From assembly GCA_021808545.1 (NCBI GenBank), contig JAKBBM010000001.1:21330-85329 (forward strand): 64,000 nt of DNA. The letters are read 5' to 3'. The notes beneath the pieces were generated by a model, which saw nothing but the letters and a program-made list of their open reading frames with translations, made no database searches and was not told where the DNA came from. Position 1 is the first letter of the stretch, and every line of letters starts with the position of its first letter. Shown piece by piece: positions 49,797 through 60,179 of the stretch. The stretch comes from Pseudomonadota bacterium. GTDB lineage: Bacteria; Pseudomonadota; Alphaproteobacteria; Acetobacterales; Acetobacteraceae. Position numbers and translations under genes: made by a program.

Positions 49797-52442
49797 GTGA
49801 CCAGTCTAGAGAAGAATTTCGAGCCGGCCTCGGCGGAGGCCCGGCTTTATCGCGGTTGGGAAGAAACGGGCGCGTTCGCCGCCCATCCCGAGAGCAACGC
49901 CACCCCCTACAGCATCATGATCCCGCCGCCCAATGTCACGGGCAGCCTGCATGTGGGCCACGCGTTGACCATGACCTTGCAGGACATCTTTACCCGCTAC
50001 CGGCGCATGACGGGGCGCGATGTGCTCTGGCAGCCGGGCACGGACCATGCCGGCATTGCCACGCAAATGGTGGTGGAGCGGCTGTTGGATAAGGAAGGTG
50101 TGTCGCGCAAGCAGCTGGGGCGTGAGACGTTTCTCTCGCGCGTATGGCAATGGAAGGCGGAATCGGGCGGGGCCATCACGCAGCAGCTGCGCCGGCTTGG
50201 CGCTTCGCCGGATTGGTCGCGCGAGCGTTTCACCATGGATGAAGGCCTCTCCACCGCCGTGCGCGAAGTGTTCGTGCGGTTATATGAGGAAGGGCTGATC
50301 TACCAGGATAAACGCTTGGTGAACTGGGACACGGTGCTGCAGACCGCGATCTCTGACCTTGAGGTGGAGGCGCGCGAGACCAAGGGCCATATGTGGCATA
50401 TCCGCTATCCGGTGGAAGGCGGCGAGGAGATTATCGTTGCCACCACCCGGCCGGAGACCATGCTGGCGGATACCGCCGTGGCGGTGCACCCGGAGAATGA
50501 AAAGTTCAAACATCTCATCGGCCGGCATGTGGTGTTGCCGCTGACGGAGCGGAAAATTCCCATCATCGCGGATGACTATGCCGACCCCGAAAAAGGCACG
50601 GGGGCGGTCAAAATCACGCCCGCGCATGATTTCAACGATTTCGAGGTGGGCAAGCGCCATGGCTTGCCCATGCCCTCCATGCTCGACCGCCAGGGCCGGG
50701 TTAGCTTGGCCGAGTTGGGCGACGACCTGCCGGATTTCGTGCGCGCGCTCGAGGGCGATGACCGTTTCGTGGCGCGCAAGAAAATCGTGGCCGAGCTGGA
50801 GGTGCTGGAGCTGCTGGTGGAGGTGAAGCCGCACCCGCATACCGTGCCGCATGGCGACCGTTCGGGCTCGGTCATCGAGCCGCTGCTGACCACCCAATGG
50901 TATTGCAATGCCTGGGTGCTGGCGCAGCCCGCGATCAAGGCCGTCGAGGAAGGCCGCATTAAATTCGTGCCCCAGCAATGGGAGAATACGTTCTTTGCCT
51001 GGATGCGCGACATCCAGCCTTGGTGCATCTCGCGCCAGCTTTGGTGGGGGCACCGGATTCCCGCCTGGTACGATGAGTCGGGCAAGGTTTATGTCGCCCG
51101 CACGGCGGAAGAAGCGCAAGCCCAGGCCCAGGGGGCGGCGCTGACCCAGGATGAGGATGTGCTGGATACCTGGTTCTCCTCTGCCCTCTGGCCGTTTTCC
51201 ACCCTTGGCTGGCCCGCGCAGACGCCCGAATTGGCAAAATATTATCCCACCGACACGCTGGTAACCGGGTTTGACATCATCTTTTTCTGGGTCGCCCGGA
51301 TGATGATGATGGGCCTGCATTTTATGGGCGATGTGCCCTTCCGCACCGTGTATATTCATGGGCTGGTGCGCGATGAGAAGGGCCAGAAAATGTCCAAATC
51401 CAAGGGCAATGTGCTGGATCCGCTCACCCTCATCGATGATTACGGCGCCGATGCGCTACGCTATTCCGTGGCGGCTGCCGCGGGCCAAGGGCGTGATGTG
51501 AAGCTGGGCGCCAAGATTGTCGAGAGCAATCGTGGCTTCATCACCAAGATCTGGAATGCTGCGCGTTTCCTCGAAATGAACGGGGTCAAGCCAAATCCGG
51601 ACTTCAAGCCCGAAACCGCCCGCTTGCCGCTTTGCCGCTGGATCCTCGCCCGCGCGAACGAGGCGATTGAAGCGGCGACGGCGGGGTTGGATGCATTCCG
51701 CCCGAACGATTATGCGAATGCCTGCTACCGTTTCGCCTGGGGCGATGTATGTGATTGGTTCATCGAATTCGCCAAACCCGGCTTTGCCGGGGAGGATGCG
51801 GCCGAAATCCGTGATACCGCCGCTCATGTTCTAGGAATTTTGCTGCGCCTGATGCACCCGCTCATCCCCTTCGTGACGGAAGAGTTATGGGATCATTTTG
51901 GCTATGGCGAAGCCTGTTCGCTGATCACGGCGCCCTGGCCACGGGCAGAGGCGGTAAGCGATGCTGACGCGGCGGCGGATGAGGTGAATTGGGTCATCGC
52001 CCTGATTTCCGAAATCCGCACCGTGCGTTCGGAGATGAACGTGCCTCCGGCCCAGAAATCGCCCGTGCTGCTGCAGGATGCATCGCCCGAAACGCTTGCC
52101 CGCGCACAAGACTGGTTCGAGGCGCTCTCACGCATGGCGCGCGTTTCGGAAATTGGCCCGCTCACCGGCCCCGCGCCCAAAAACGCTGCCCAGGCGGTGC
52201 TGGGCGAGGCAACGATCATCTTGCCGCTGGAAGGGCTGATCGACCTTGAAGTGGAGAAAAAACGCCTCGCCGCCGCCCTGGCCAAGGCGCAAGCCGAGCT
52301 GGGGAAGGTAACGCAAAAACTCGCCAATGCGGATTTCACCGCCCGCGCGCCCGAAACGGTGCTGGAAGAGCATCGCGAGCGTGAGCGGAATTTTACCGGC
52401 GAGGTCACGCGCTTATCCGCCGCCCTGGCCCGGATTTTCTGA
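49797..52442 (+). CDS. valS: Valine--tRNA ligase
   Basis: PPPNVTGSLHVGH (HIGH), DHAGIATQ, WCISRQLWWGHRIP, QKMSKSKGN (KMSKS), C-terminal coiled coil. Confidence 0.99.
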   Translation: MTSLEKNFEPASAEARLYRGWEETGAFAAHPESNATPYSIMIPPPNVTGSLHVGHALTMTLQDIFTRYRRMTGRDVLWQPGTDHAGIATQMVVERLLDKEGVSRKQLGRETFLSRVWQWKAESGGAITQQLRRLGASPDWSRERFTMDEGLSTAVREVFVRLYEEGLIYQDKRLVNWDTVLQTAISDLEVEARETKGHMWHIRYPVEGGEEIIVATTRPETMLADTAVAVHPENEKFKHLIGRHVVLPLTERKIPIIADDYADPEKGTGAVKITPAHDFNDFEVGKRHGLPMPSMLDRQGRVSLAELGDDLPDFVRALEGDDRFVARKKIVAELEVLELLVEVKPHPHTVPHGDRSGSVIEPLLTTQWYCNAWVLAQPAIKAVEEGRIKFVPQQWENTFFAWMRDIQPWCISRQLWWGHRIPAWYDESGKVYVARTAEEAQAQAQGAALTQDEDVLDTWFSSALWPFSTLGWPAQTPELAKYYPTDTLVTGFDIIFFWVARMMMMGLHFMGDVPFRTVYIHGLVRDEKGQKMSKSKGNVLDPLTLIDDYGADALRYSVAAAAGQGRDVKLGAKIVESNRGFITKIWNAARFLEMNGVKPNPDFKPETARLPLCRWILARANEAIEAATAGLDAFRPNDYANACYRFAWGDVCDWFIEFAKPGFAGEDAAEIRDTAAHVLGILLRLMHPLIPFVTEELWDHFGYGEACSLITAPWPRAEAVSDADAAADEVNWVIALISEIRTVRSEMNVPPAQKSPVLLQDASPETLARAQDWFEALSRMARVSEIGPLTGPAPKNAAQAVLGEATIILPLEGLIDLEVEKKRLAAALAKAQAELGKVTQKLANADFTARAPETVLEEHRERERNFTGEVTRLSAALARIF

Positions 52443-52455
52443 CGTCGGTACGGTG

Positions 52456-53478
52456 ATGCGCCTCCTGCTGATCAGCCATGAATTCACGATCACGGGGGCA
52501 AGCACGGTGCTCTTGCGCTTGGCCACATATTTTCAAGGCCAGGGGCATGAGGTCTCGGTTTTTCCCGTGAACCCGGCGGATGGGCCGGTCCGCCAGCGCT
52601 ACGCGGCGCTGGAGATTCCGATCCTCTCCGAACTCGCGGCGGATGGGTTTGACCTAGCCATCGGCAATGGCATTTGTGCGGCGCCAGCGTTGCTAAAACT
52701 GCCGCCCGGTCTTCCCGCCTTGTGGATCGTGCATGAGGCGGAAATCGCCCTCAATCTGCTGCTGCGCAATCCGGGATGGATCGAGGCCTTCAAGCGCGCC
52801 GATGCGGTGGTTTACCAGACAAATTTTCAGCAGGATGTATTCCGCTCTTTCACCTGGCGGCTTCCGCCAGATAAATTCCATATCGTGCCCAACGGGGTGG
52901 AAGTGGCGCTGGATAAGTTGGCACGCGATAAGGTACCGGCCAAAACCAGGCGCTGGCGGGCTATTCAGGTTGGCACCATGGAGCCACGCAAGCGTCCGGG
53001 CGATTTTATCCGCGCCGTGGCAATGAGCGGGCTGGATATGGAGGCCGTGATCTGCGGTAAATTCTTCGCCATGGATAAGACCGTCCTGGAGCTCACCCGG
53101 ACCGAGCCGGAGAAATACCGGCTTTTGGAAAATCTGCCGGATGAGGAGCTGCTTGCCTGGGTAGAATCGGCGGATATGTTCTGCCTTGCCTCGGTCAGCG
53201 AGACGCAGGGTCTGTCGGTTTATGAGGCGGCTTTGCTCGCCCGCCCGCTGCTGCTCTCTGATCTGCCTTGTTACCGGGATATTTTTCGCCACGGGCATCA
53301 TTGCCTGATGTTTCCGCCCGGCCATGTACCCTTACTGGCCCTTTCCATGCGGAATTTGGCTATGAGTGAGGCGCTGCGTACACAATTGGGTGAGGGGGCA
53401 CGGCAAGTGGCCCGCTCTTTTACCAATGAACGGTTTTTTCGCCATTTTCAGATGATTATCGACGCTCTATACGCCTGA
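52456..53478 (+). CDS. Glycosyltransferase family 4 (GT-B)
   Basis: LLISHEF..TGA, IVPNGV, VGTMEPRKRP, ETQGLSVYEAA (E-x7-E). Confidence 0.85.
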   Translation: MRLLLISHEFTITGASTVLLRLATYFQGQGHEVSVFPVNPADGPVRQRYAALEIPILSELAADGFDLAIGNGICAAPALLKLPPGLPALWIVHEAEIALNLLLRNPGWIEAFKRADAVVYQTNFQQDVFRSFTWRLPPDKFHIVPNGVEVALDKLARDKVPAKTRRWRAIQVGTMEPRKRPGDFIRAVAMSGLDMEAVICGKFFAMDKTVLELTRTEPEKYRLLENLPDEELLAWVESADMFCLASVSETQGLSVYEAALLARPLLLSDLPCYRDIFRHGHHCLMFPPGHVPLLALSMRNLAMSEALRTQLGEGARQVARSFTNERFFRHFQMIIDALYA

Positions 53479-53527
53479 AAACGGCGTGCCGCGTGGGCGT
53501 GTGTGGGGCAGGGTGTGTGCGGGCATG

Positions 53528-53562
53528 AAAAAAGGCGCGGACCGTTTCCAGCCCGCGCCTTT
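53528..53562 (-). terminator. Rho-independent terminator of the cyo operon
   Basis: AAAGGCGCGG...CCGCGCCTTT stem; on the minus strand it is followed by a 6-U tract. Confidence 0.8.
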
Positions 53563-53580
53563 CATGAGGATAATCTAGGG

Positions 53581-54009
53581 TTACTGCAACAGGGTCGGCT
53601 GCGAGGGCGCGCCCATCGGGCCCATCCCCGGTACGGCGGGGGCGGACATGCCCGGCTGTGTCACGCCTGACGGAGGCAGCATCGTGCGCTCATAAAGCGA
53701 GGAAAAGGCCCACACGGTCAGCCCGACCGAGATGATGAAGAGCGGCACGGTCAGCACCAAGGAGACGCTTTTCCAGATCTGCGCGCGCGAGATATCGAGC
53801 CCGAAGAACAAGGCGGCCTGCGAGAGCAGGGCGATGAGGGTGAGTGCTACCACGAGTGCGGCGTAATGCAGGAAGGGCAGTTTCAGCTGCACCGCCAGCA
53901 TCGCCGCCCCCATGCAGAGCGCGGAAATGATAAAAGCGACAATATAGCGCAGCACCGTGCCTTGGCGGATTTCCGCATGGTCCAGTGGGTTGGCGTGATG
54001 CGTGGACAT
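53581..54009 (-). CDS. cyoD: Ubiquinol oxidase subunit IV (divergent, with Pro/Met-rich tail)
   Basis: YIVAFIISAL, three TM helices, FFGLD motif position, last gene of the cyo cluster; TGATG coupling to cyoC. Confidence 0.75.
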   Translation of the reverse strand: MSTHHANPLDHAEIRQGTVLRYIVAFIISALCMGAAMLAVQLKLPFLHYAALVVALTLIALLSQAALFFGLDISRAQIWKSVSLVLTVPLFIISVGLTVWAFSSLYERTMLPPSGVTQPGMSAPAVPGMGPMGAPSQPTLLQ

Positions 54010-54635
54010 CAATAAGCTCCCATCAGATAGACATAGGCATAGATCAGCACCCAGACCGTCGCCTGGAACTGCCAGAACATGCGCAGATTAAGCAGGCGCG
54101 CGACCACATCGGCGGTGAAGCCAAAGCGGGCGATCTGCACCAGCATCACCAGCATCCACAGTAGGCCAAAAATCATGTGCAGGCCGTGCGTGGCAATAAG
54201 GGTGAAGAACATGGAGAGATAGGCGGAACGGTCCGGCCCGTTGCCAGCGGCCATCAGCCCGCCGAGGTCATGCAGACCAAAGCCCAGGAAGGCTGCGGCA
54301 AAGCCCATGGCCACCACAATGCCAAGCGCCACGCCCCCTTTATTGCCCGCCTTCAGCGCCACGGAGGCAAGGCTGTAAGACAAGACGCTACCCAGGATGA
54401 GCAGGGTCTGCCAGAAGCCTTCGGTGATATTCACCACCTGGGCGGGGCCGGGGCCGCCGGCCAGGTTCATCGGCGTGCTCAGCACCGCGTAAGAGGCGAA
54501 CAGACCGGTGAAGATCAGCGCGTCGCTCAGCATATAGAGCCAGAAGCCGAAGGTCCGCGCCGAGATGCTGTCGTGCTCGTCGGCCTCGGGGTTCCAGAGC
54601 CGGGTGTCGGGCCCGGCTTTTGTCATGGTCGCCAT
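54009..54635 (-). CDS. cyoC: Ubiquinol oxidase subunit III
   Basis: FGFWLYMLSDALIFTGLFASY, RSAYLSMFFTLIATHGLH, RMFWQF. Confidence 0.93.
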   Translation of the reverse strand: MATMTKAGPDTRLWNPEADEHDSISARTFGFWLYMLSDALIFTGLFASYAVLSTPMNLAGGPGPAQVVNITEGFWQTLLILGSVLSYSLASVALKAGNKGGVALGIVVAMGFAAAFLGFGLHDLGGLMAAGNGPDRSAYLSMFFTLIATHGLHMIFGLLWMLVMLVQIARFGFTADVVARLLNLRMFWQFQATVWVLIYAYVYLMGAY

Positions 54636-56698
54636 TAATGTGCCTCCACTTCAGAGAGCGGCAGCCGCTTGGGCTGCTCGGCGATCACGCTCGCCGTCTC
54701 GATCTTGTTTTCCATCGCCTCGATTTCCGCGGCGGTGAGGATGTAGCCTTCGTTCTTATTGAAGGAACGGATGATGACCAGGACCATGATGGCGAGCAGC
54801 GAGACGCCCGACAGCCACCAGATACGCCAGATCAGGCCAAACCCAAAGGCTGCGGCAAGCAGGCCGATGATAACAGGCACCCCGGTATTGGAGGGCATGT
54901 GGATCGGCACATAGCGGTCTGGCTTTGCCTCTTCCAGCCCGTTGGCGCGGCGCCACGCCAGCTCATCGCGGGAGTGAACCTGCGGTGTGACGGCGAAGTT
55001 ATAGAAAGGTACGGGCGTATGGGTCATCCATTCCAGCGTGCGGCCCGTTTCCCAGGCATCGCCCTTGGCTGGCACGCGGTCGCGCAAGGAGACATAAAGC
55101 ATGCGCAGGAAGAACAGAACCGAGAGGAAATAGAAGCCAATCCCGACCTCCTCTGCAATCAGCAGCGGCATCCATTGCGGATCATAGAGATAGTCGAGGC
55201 GGCGCGTCTCGCCAGCCAGGCCCAGGCCGAACATGGGGACGAAGACCAGGACGCTGCCGATGACGAAGGCCCAATAGAAGGCAAGGCCGTTGCGCTCATC
55301 TAGCTTGAAGCCGAAGACTTTTGGCCACCAATAGACGACGGCGGAGAAAATCCCGGCGCTGATGGCAAGCACCATGCAGTGGAAATGCGCCACCACGAAC
55401 ACGCTGTTATGCACCGTGTAGTCGATGGCCGGGGCCGAGAGCATCATGCCGGTCAGGCCGCCGACCAGCAGCAGGACAATGCCGGTGATGGACCAGAGCA
55501 TCGGCGTGGTGATCGTCAACCGGCCGCGATACATGGTGAACAGCCAGTTAAACGCCTTAACGCCGGTGGGAATACCGACCAACATGGTCGCGGCGCTGAA
55601 AAAAGCGATCGAGTTTGGCGCCAGACCCATGGTGAAGAAATGGTGCGCCCACACCGACCAGCCAATGCCGGCGATGGCGAAGGTGGCGGCCACCATGGTG
55701 ATGTAACCAAAGAGCGGCTTCTCGGAGAAGGTGGGGATCACCTCAGAGAACACGCCAAAGGCCGGCAGCATCAGGAAGTACACCTCAGGATGGCCCCAGA
55801 TCCAGAACAGATCGATATAGAGCATGAAGTTGCCACCCAACCCGGCGGTGAAGAAATGCGTGCCGAGATAGCGGTCAGCCCCCAGCAGCGCCAACGCCAC
55901 GGTCAGCACGGGGAAGGCGGTGAGGCCGATAATGTTGGTGGAGAGCATGGTCCAGGTGAAGACCGGCAGGCGAAACCAGCCCATGCCAGGCGCGCGCATC
56001 TTCACGATGGTTACGATGATGTTGATGGCATTGAAGGTGGTGCCGATACTGGCGATCTGCAGGGCCCACATCCAGTAATCGACGCCAACGCCAGGATTAT
56101 AGGGCAGCTCGGCCAGCGGCATTAGCCCGACCCAGGCGGCATTGGAGAAATCGCCGACAAACAGCGAGACCATGACCAGCGCAGCACCCGCCACGGTCAG
56201 CCACAGGCTGACGGCGTTGAGGTAGGGGAAGGCCATGTCGCGCGCGCCGATCTGCAGCGGCACGATAATGTTGCCAAGCCCGGCCAGAATCGGCGTGACG
56301 GCGAAGATCAGCATGATCGTGCCGTGCGCCGAATAGACCTGGTCAAAATGGTAGGGCGGCAGATAGCCATGCGCCGCCCCCAGATAGCCCGCCGAATGCG
56401 GACCATCGGCCAGCACCTGCTGGGTACGCATCATCACGCCGTCGATAAAGCCGCGGAAGAGCATGACGAGGCCGACCAGAATATACATCACGCCGATCTT
56501 CTTATGATCGACGGTGGTCAGCCACTCGCGCCACAAATAGGGCAGTTTGCGGAAATAGAGCACCGTTCCCACAACGATCAGCGCGATCGTGGCGGCGAAA
56601 ATGAAGGTGCCGATCAGGATCGGGTTGGTATAGGGGATCGCGCCCAGCGTAAGTCGCCCGAGCAGCGGCGACCAGGGGCCTTGAAGATCAACGTGCAC
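54635..56698 (-). CDS. cyoB: Heme-copper ubiquinol oxidase subunit I (bo3/ba3 type)
   Basis: FRGFIDGVMMR (quinol-site R/D), SAHGTIM, GARD, WGHPEVY, WAHHFF, PTGVK, AHFH. Confidence 0.96.
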   Translation of the reverse strand: MHVDLQGPWSPLLGRLTLGAIPYTNPILIGTFIFAATIALIVVGTVLYFRKLPYLWREWLTTVDHKKIGVMYILVGLVMLFRGFIDGVMMRTQQVLADGPHSAGYLGAAHGYLPPYHFDQVYSAHGTIMLIFAVTPILAGLGNIIVPLQIGARDMAFPYLNAVSLWLTVAGAALVMVSLFVGDFSNAAWVGLMPLAELPYNPGVGVDYWMWALQIASIGTTFNAINIIVTIVKMRAPGMGWFRLPVFTWTMLSTNIIGLTAFPVLTVALALLGADRYLGTHFFTAGLGGNFMLYIDLFWIWGHPEVYFLMLPAFGVFSEVIPTFSEKPLFGYITMVAATFAIAGIGWSVWAHHFFTMGLAPNSIAFFSAATMLVGIPTGVKAFNWLFTMYRGRLTITTPMLWSITGIVLLLVGGLTGMMLSAPAIDYTVHNSVFVVAHFHCMVLAISAGIFSAVVYWWPKVFGFKLDERNGLAFYWAFVIGSVLVFVPMFGLGLAGETRRLDYLYDPQWMPLLIAEEVGIGFYFLSVLFFLRMLYVSLRDRVPAKGDAWETGRTLEWMTHTPVPFYNFAVTPQVHSRDELAWRRANGLEEAKPDRYVPIHMPSNTGVPVIIGLLAAAFGFGLIWRIWWLSGVSLLAIMVLVIIRSFNKNEGYILTAAEIEAMENKIETASVIAEQPKRLPLSEVEAH

Positions 56699-56721
56699 TG
56701 TGCAGACCTTTCTTCAGAATT

Positions 56722-57672
56722 TCACGAATGGGCGGGGGCTTTGGCCCCGGCTTTGCCTTCGTCGTCCGCCACACCCTTGGTCAGGGAGTCCGGAACATTA
56801 TAGACTACGCCGTGCATCGCGGCTTGGACCACCTTGTCGAACAGGCCGGGTGCGACATGCGAGAAATAAGACGGCTTGGCGCCGATATTCACGGTGGGCT
56901 GCGCCAGTTTCTGGAAGGCGGTATAGTCGAGCTGTTTGGGGCTGGCCTGCACCTGATTCACCCAATTCTCGAAATCTGCCGTTGGTACCACGCGGGTAGC
57001 GAAATGCATCCAGGAGAAGCCGGCACCGGAGAATTCACCCGAAAAGCCGGTGAAGGTGCCGGGTTTGTTCACCAGGAAAGCATCCTTGGTATACATGGCG
57101 GGCATGGCATCCATCATTGCCGCGACCTGCGGGATATAGAAGGCGTTCATCACGCTGGTCGAGGTTAGGCGCAGATCGACGCGCCGGCCCGCCGGCACCA
57201 CCAGATCGTCGATCGTGGCGATATGCTGGTCGGGATAGATGAACAGCCATTGCCAGTCGGTCGAGATAACATCAACCTTCAGCGGGGCCGTGGCGGTGCT
57301 GGCGGCGGAGTCCAGGATTTTCGGATTATACGGGTTCACCGCATAGATGCCGTTGAAGGAATAATAAATCAGCACCGCGGTGATGAGGAAGGGAACGCCC
57401 CAGGCCGCGATTTCAATGCCGAGTGAATGCGACCAGTCCGGCGCATAGGCGGCCTTGCGCGCTTTGCGATAACGCAGCGGGAAGATGATGGTCAGTGCCA
57501 AGGTGGGCAGGATGATCAGCATCATCACGCCGACCAGGATCAGCGTATATCTGTATTCCGCGTCGGCGACGGGACCGGTGGGGTGAAAGAGACGGAATAC
57601 ATCCGTCGAGCAACCGCCGAGCATCAGCAACGGGGCGCACAAGCCGAAATAGCGCAAGAACCGCAAGTTCAT
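56722..57672 (-). CDS. cyoA: Ubiquinol oxidase subunit II (lipoprotein, no CuA)
   Basis: Lipobox LGGC, YAPDWSHSLGIEIAAWGVP, STDWQWLFIYP, TSTSVMNAFYIP, GAGFSWMHF; lacks the CuA Cys pair. Confidence 0.94.
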   Translation of the reverse strand: MNLRFLRYFGLCAPLLMLGGCSTDVFRLFHPTGPVADAEYRYTLILVGVMMLIILPTLALTIIFPLRYRKARKAAYAPDWSHSLGIEIAAWGVPFLITAVLIYYSFNGIYAVNPYNPKILDSAASTATAPLKVDVISTDWQWLFIYPDQHIATIDDLVVPAGRRVDLRLTSTSVMNAFYIPQVAAMMDAMPAMYTKDAFLVNKPGTFTGFSGEFSGAGFSWMHFATRVVPTADFENWVNQVQASPKQLDYTAFQKLAQPTVNIGAKPSYFSHVAPGLFDKVVQAAMHGVVYNVPDSLTKGVADDEGKAGAKAPAHS

Positions 57673-57846
57673 CGTCCTCCTGCTCAGATTAGTTTTCTGA
57701 GACGTCTAAAGCCGAAACCGCCACCACCCGGGCCCGAACGCTTCACGGTCTATGGTACAAGATTGCGCCGTTGCGAGGGGACTTGAGCTTGGCTGTTAGG
57801 ACGATTTTCAGGGCTTTGCAACACGCATGGACAATGCGCAATAATG

Positions 57847-57877
57847 CCGCACCTTCCGCGCGGGGCGGAAGGTGCGG
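57847..57877 (-). terminator. 13-bp stem-loop between the DUF2189-like gene and cyoA
   Basis: CCGCACCTTCCGC-GCGGG-GCGGAAGGTGCGG; only a weak U-tract (AUUAUU) on the minus strand. Confidence 0.6.
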
Positions 57878-57929
57878 TTCTGTAAACCTTATTTTTACCA
57901 ATAGGGTGCGCGCGCTTTGGCGCCGCGTC

Positions 57930-58721
57930 CTAGTCGAAGGTACGGCGATAGACATGCCATGTGGCATGGCCCAGCACCGGCATCACCAGCGTCAGACCCA
58001 GCAGGGCGGGCAACACGCCCACCCCCAGCGCCACGGTGACAAGCGCGCCCCAGCCCAGCGCGAAGGGCAGATTATGCCCCAGTGCGCGCAGCGCGGCGCT
58101 CATGGCCTCGAACGTGCCGACATCGCGGTCCAGCGCCAGGGGAAAGGCGAACAACCCCATGGCCAGGGCGAGCAGCGCCAAAACCGCGCCGGCCAGCGTG
58201 CCAAGGCCGATCATCGACCAGCCTGCACTGGTGGTGAACATGCGCACGAAGAGGGGCTGGCTGGAGTCGATGCTGGCGAGGGTGCCCTCATAAATCCCCC
58301 AGGCAATCGCGATCCAGGCCACGAACAAGGCCACGGTGATCATGCCAAGGCGCTGTATGGTCAGGCGGCGCGGTGTGTCGAACATGGCGGCGGCGTCTTC
58401 CATGGTCGCGTCGGCATCACGCGCGTGGGCACGGCTCAGGGCGGTGAACCATAAGGTGGCGGCTGGCCCTAGCAGGGCAAAGCCGGCGCAAATCGGCAGC
58501 AGGAACGGGACAAAATGCGGCGCGGCGACAACGGCGCCCACGAACATGGCCGCCAGCGGCAGGACGAAGGCAAGTGTTACGCCGTCGGTCCGGCAGGCGC
58601 GCCAATCCTCGAATCCGGCCCGCAAGGCGGCCTGCGCATCGTGCAAGCCAAGTTTATGGATATGGAGCGGCGCGTGTCCGGCCTGTTTTGTACCCAATGC
58701 GCCTGTCGAAATAGCGGTCAT
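57930..58721 (-). CDS. DUF2189-like integral membrane protein
   Basis: L.DA.AAL.AGFED, LLPICAGFALLGPAA, FAFPLALDRDV...AMSAA, VMPVLGHATWHVYRR; SD GGGGAG. Confidence 0.85.
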   Translation of the reverse strand: MTAISTGALGTKQAGHAPLHIHKLGLHDAQAALRAGFEDWRACRTDGVTLAFVLPLAAMFVGAVVAAPHFVPFLLPICAGFALLGPAATLWFTALSRAHARDADATMEDAAAMFDTPRRLTIQRLGMITVALFVAWIAIAWGIYEGTLASIDSSQPLFVRMFTTSAGWSMIGLGTLAGAVLALLALAMGLFAFPLALDRDVGTFEAMSAALRALGHNLPFALGWGALVTVALGVGVLPALLGLTLVMPVLGHATWHVYRRTFD

Positions 58722-58910
58722 GGTTTCTCCCCTTTTTCTTGCGTCTTGGAAGTCTTGCGTCTTGGCGTTCCAGCGCCAGCATATCCCGGCCCGGGGCTTT
58801 ATTCTGAGCATGCAGGCCCGCATTACGTTGCGGCCGGCGGTGAAATTGTCAGGCTTTTTGCTTTGGTTTTTCTCGATATAGTCGTTTCGCCCGAGAAATT
58901 CCAGCTATTT

Positions 58911-60179
58911 TCACAAAAGCAGGAGCACGTAGCCAAGCGAGAGCAGCATGGAGAGGGCGAGCCAGGTGGCGGCAGGCAGCATGGCCCGGCTGCGTGAGAA
59001 GCTTAGCGCATAAACCGCCTTGAGCAGGTTGTTGCTGGCGCTGGCGATGAGCACGGCACCGACAATGGCCGATGCCCCGACCTGGAATTTGCCATCCAGT
59101 AGCGAGAGGATGAACGGGTCGATATCGGAAAAGCCGACGACGAAGCTGAGCACATGCAGCCCGGCGGCGCCAAAACGCGCAGTGACCGCGTTGGTCAGTG
59201 CGGCGAAGACAACGAACAGGAGGGCGAATAGCAGGGCAACGGGCAGGTCGAGCGGGTTGGGGCTAACCGTGCTGTGCGCGGCACTCGCCGCGCCGCGTAC
59301 GCGCCAGGCCAAAATCCCGCCGATGGCGAAGGAGACCAGACACAAAACGCCAAAGGGCAGGGCCAGCGCCAGCGCGGCATCTTGGTGGCCAAGCAACAAG
59401 ATGACGCAGAACAGGCGAATATACATCATCGCCGTGGCGATGATGACAGCGGCGGGGACAAAGGTGGCATCGGCTGGGGCGGCGCGCAGCGCGCGGGCCA
59501 GCACCACCGTAGCGGCGGTTGAGGAATACAGCCCGCCCAGCACGCCGGTCAGCAACGTGCCGGCTCTCGGAAACACATAGCGATGCATGAGATAGCCGAA
59601 ATAGGAAATGCCCGAGATGACCAGAACCGCCATCCACACCTTGGTGTAGGTGATCCCGGCCAGATACGGGATCGCTGCGTTGGGCAAGAGCGGGTAGATG
59701 ATGCCGGCAAGAATGAAGAATTTCGCCAAGGTCACGCCTTCGCGTGCGGGGAAGGCGTCGGACAGGCGGCGGATTTGCGCCTGCTCGCCCAGCGCGAACA
59801 GGATCAGGATGACAAAGGCGGCCAGCACCGCGAGCGGCATTTGCAGCACCACGGGCCCCAGCGAATAAGCCAGCAACCCCACGACCGTGGGCAGCAGCGA
59901 GGTATCGCCCCCCTTTAGCCGCTTGCGGTAATCCAGCAGCAGCATCAGGCCGAGCACACCTAGCCCAACGCAAAACGGCACCACCGGGGCAATGGACCAT
60001 AATATAAACCCAAGGGCGGCCAGCAATGTAACGGTACGGGTGGTGCCAAAGCCCAGCGCTTCGGGCAGCAGGGCGCCGGTATCGCGCCTTCGGTAGGCAT
60101 GCAGCTCCAACCCAATGATGAAGGCCAGCCCCACCGTGCCTAAAAAACCGGTCAGTAACGGGGGGAAACCCGCGCTCAT
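58911..60179 (-). CDS. MgtC/SapB + DUF4010 membrane protein
   Basis: LAFIIGLE, GFGTTRT, ILAGIIYPLLPN, W.AVLVISGISY.GY, GVLGGLYSSTAAT, GFSDIDP, ASNNLLK. Confidence 0.85.
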   Translation of the reverse strand: MSAGFPPLLTGFLGTVGLAFIIGLELHAYRRRDTGALLPEALGFGTTRTVTLLAALGFILWSIAPVVPFCVGLGVLGLMLLLDYRKRLKGGDTSLLPTVVGLLAYSLGPVVLQMPLAVLAAFVILILFALGEQAQIRRLSDAFPAREGVTLAKFFILAGIIYPLLPNAAIPYLAGITYTKVWMAVLVISGISYFGYLMHRYVFPRAGTLLTGVLGGLYSSTAATVVLARALRAAPADATFVPAAVIIATAMMYIRLFCVILLLGHQDAALALALPFGVLCLVSFAIGGILAWRVRGAASAAHSTVSPNPLDLPVALLFALLFVVFAALTNAVTARFGAAGLHVLSFVVGFSDIDPFILSLLDGKFQVGASAIVGAVLIASASNNLLKAVYALSFSRSRAMLPAATWLALSMLLSLGYVLLLL

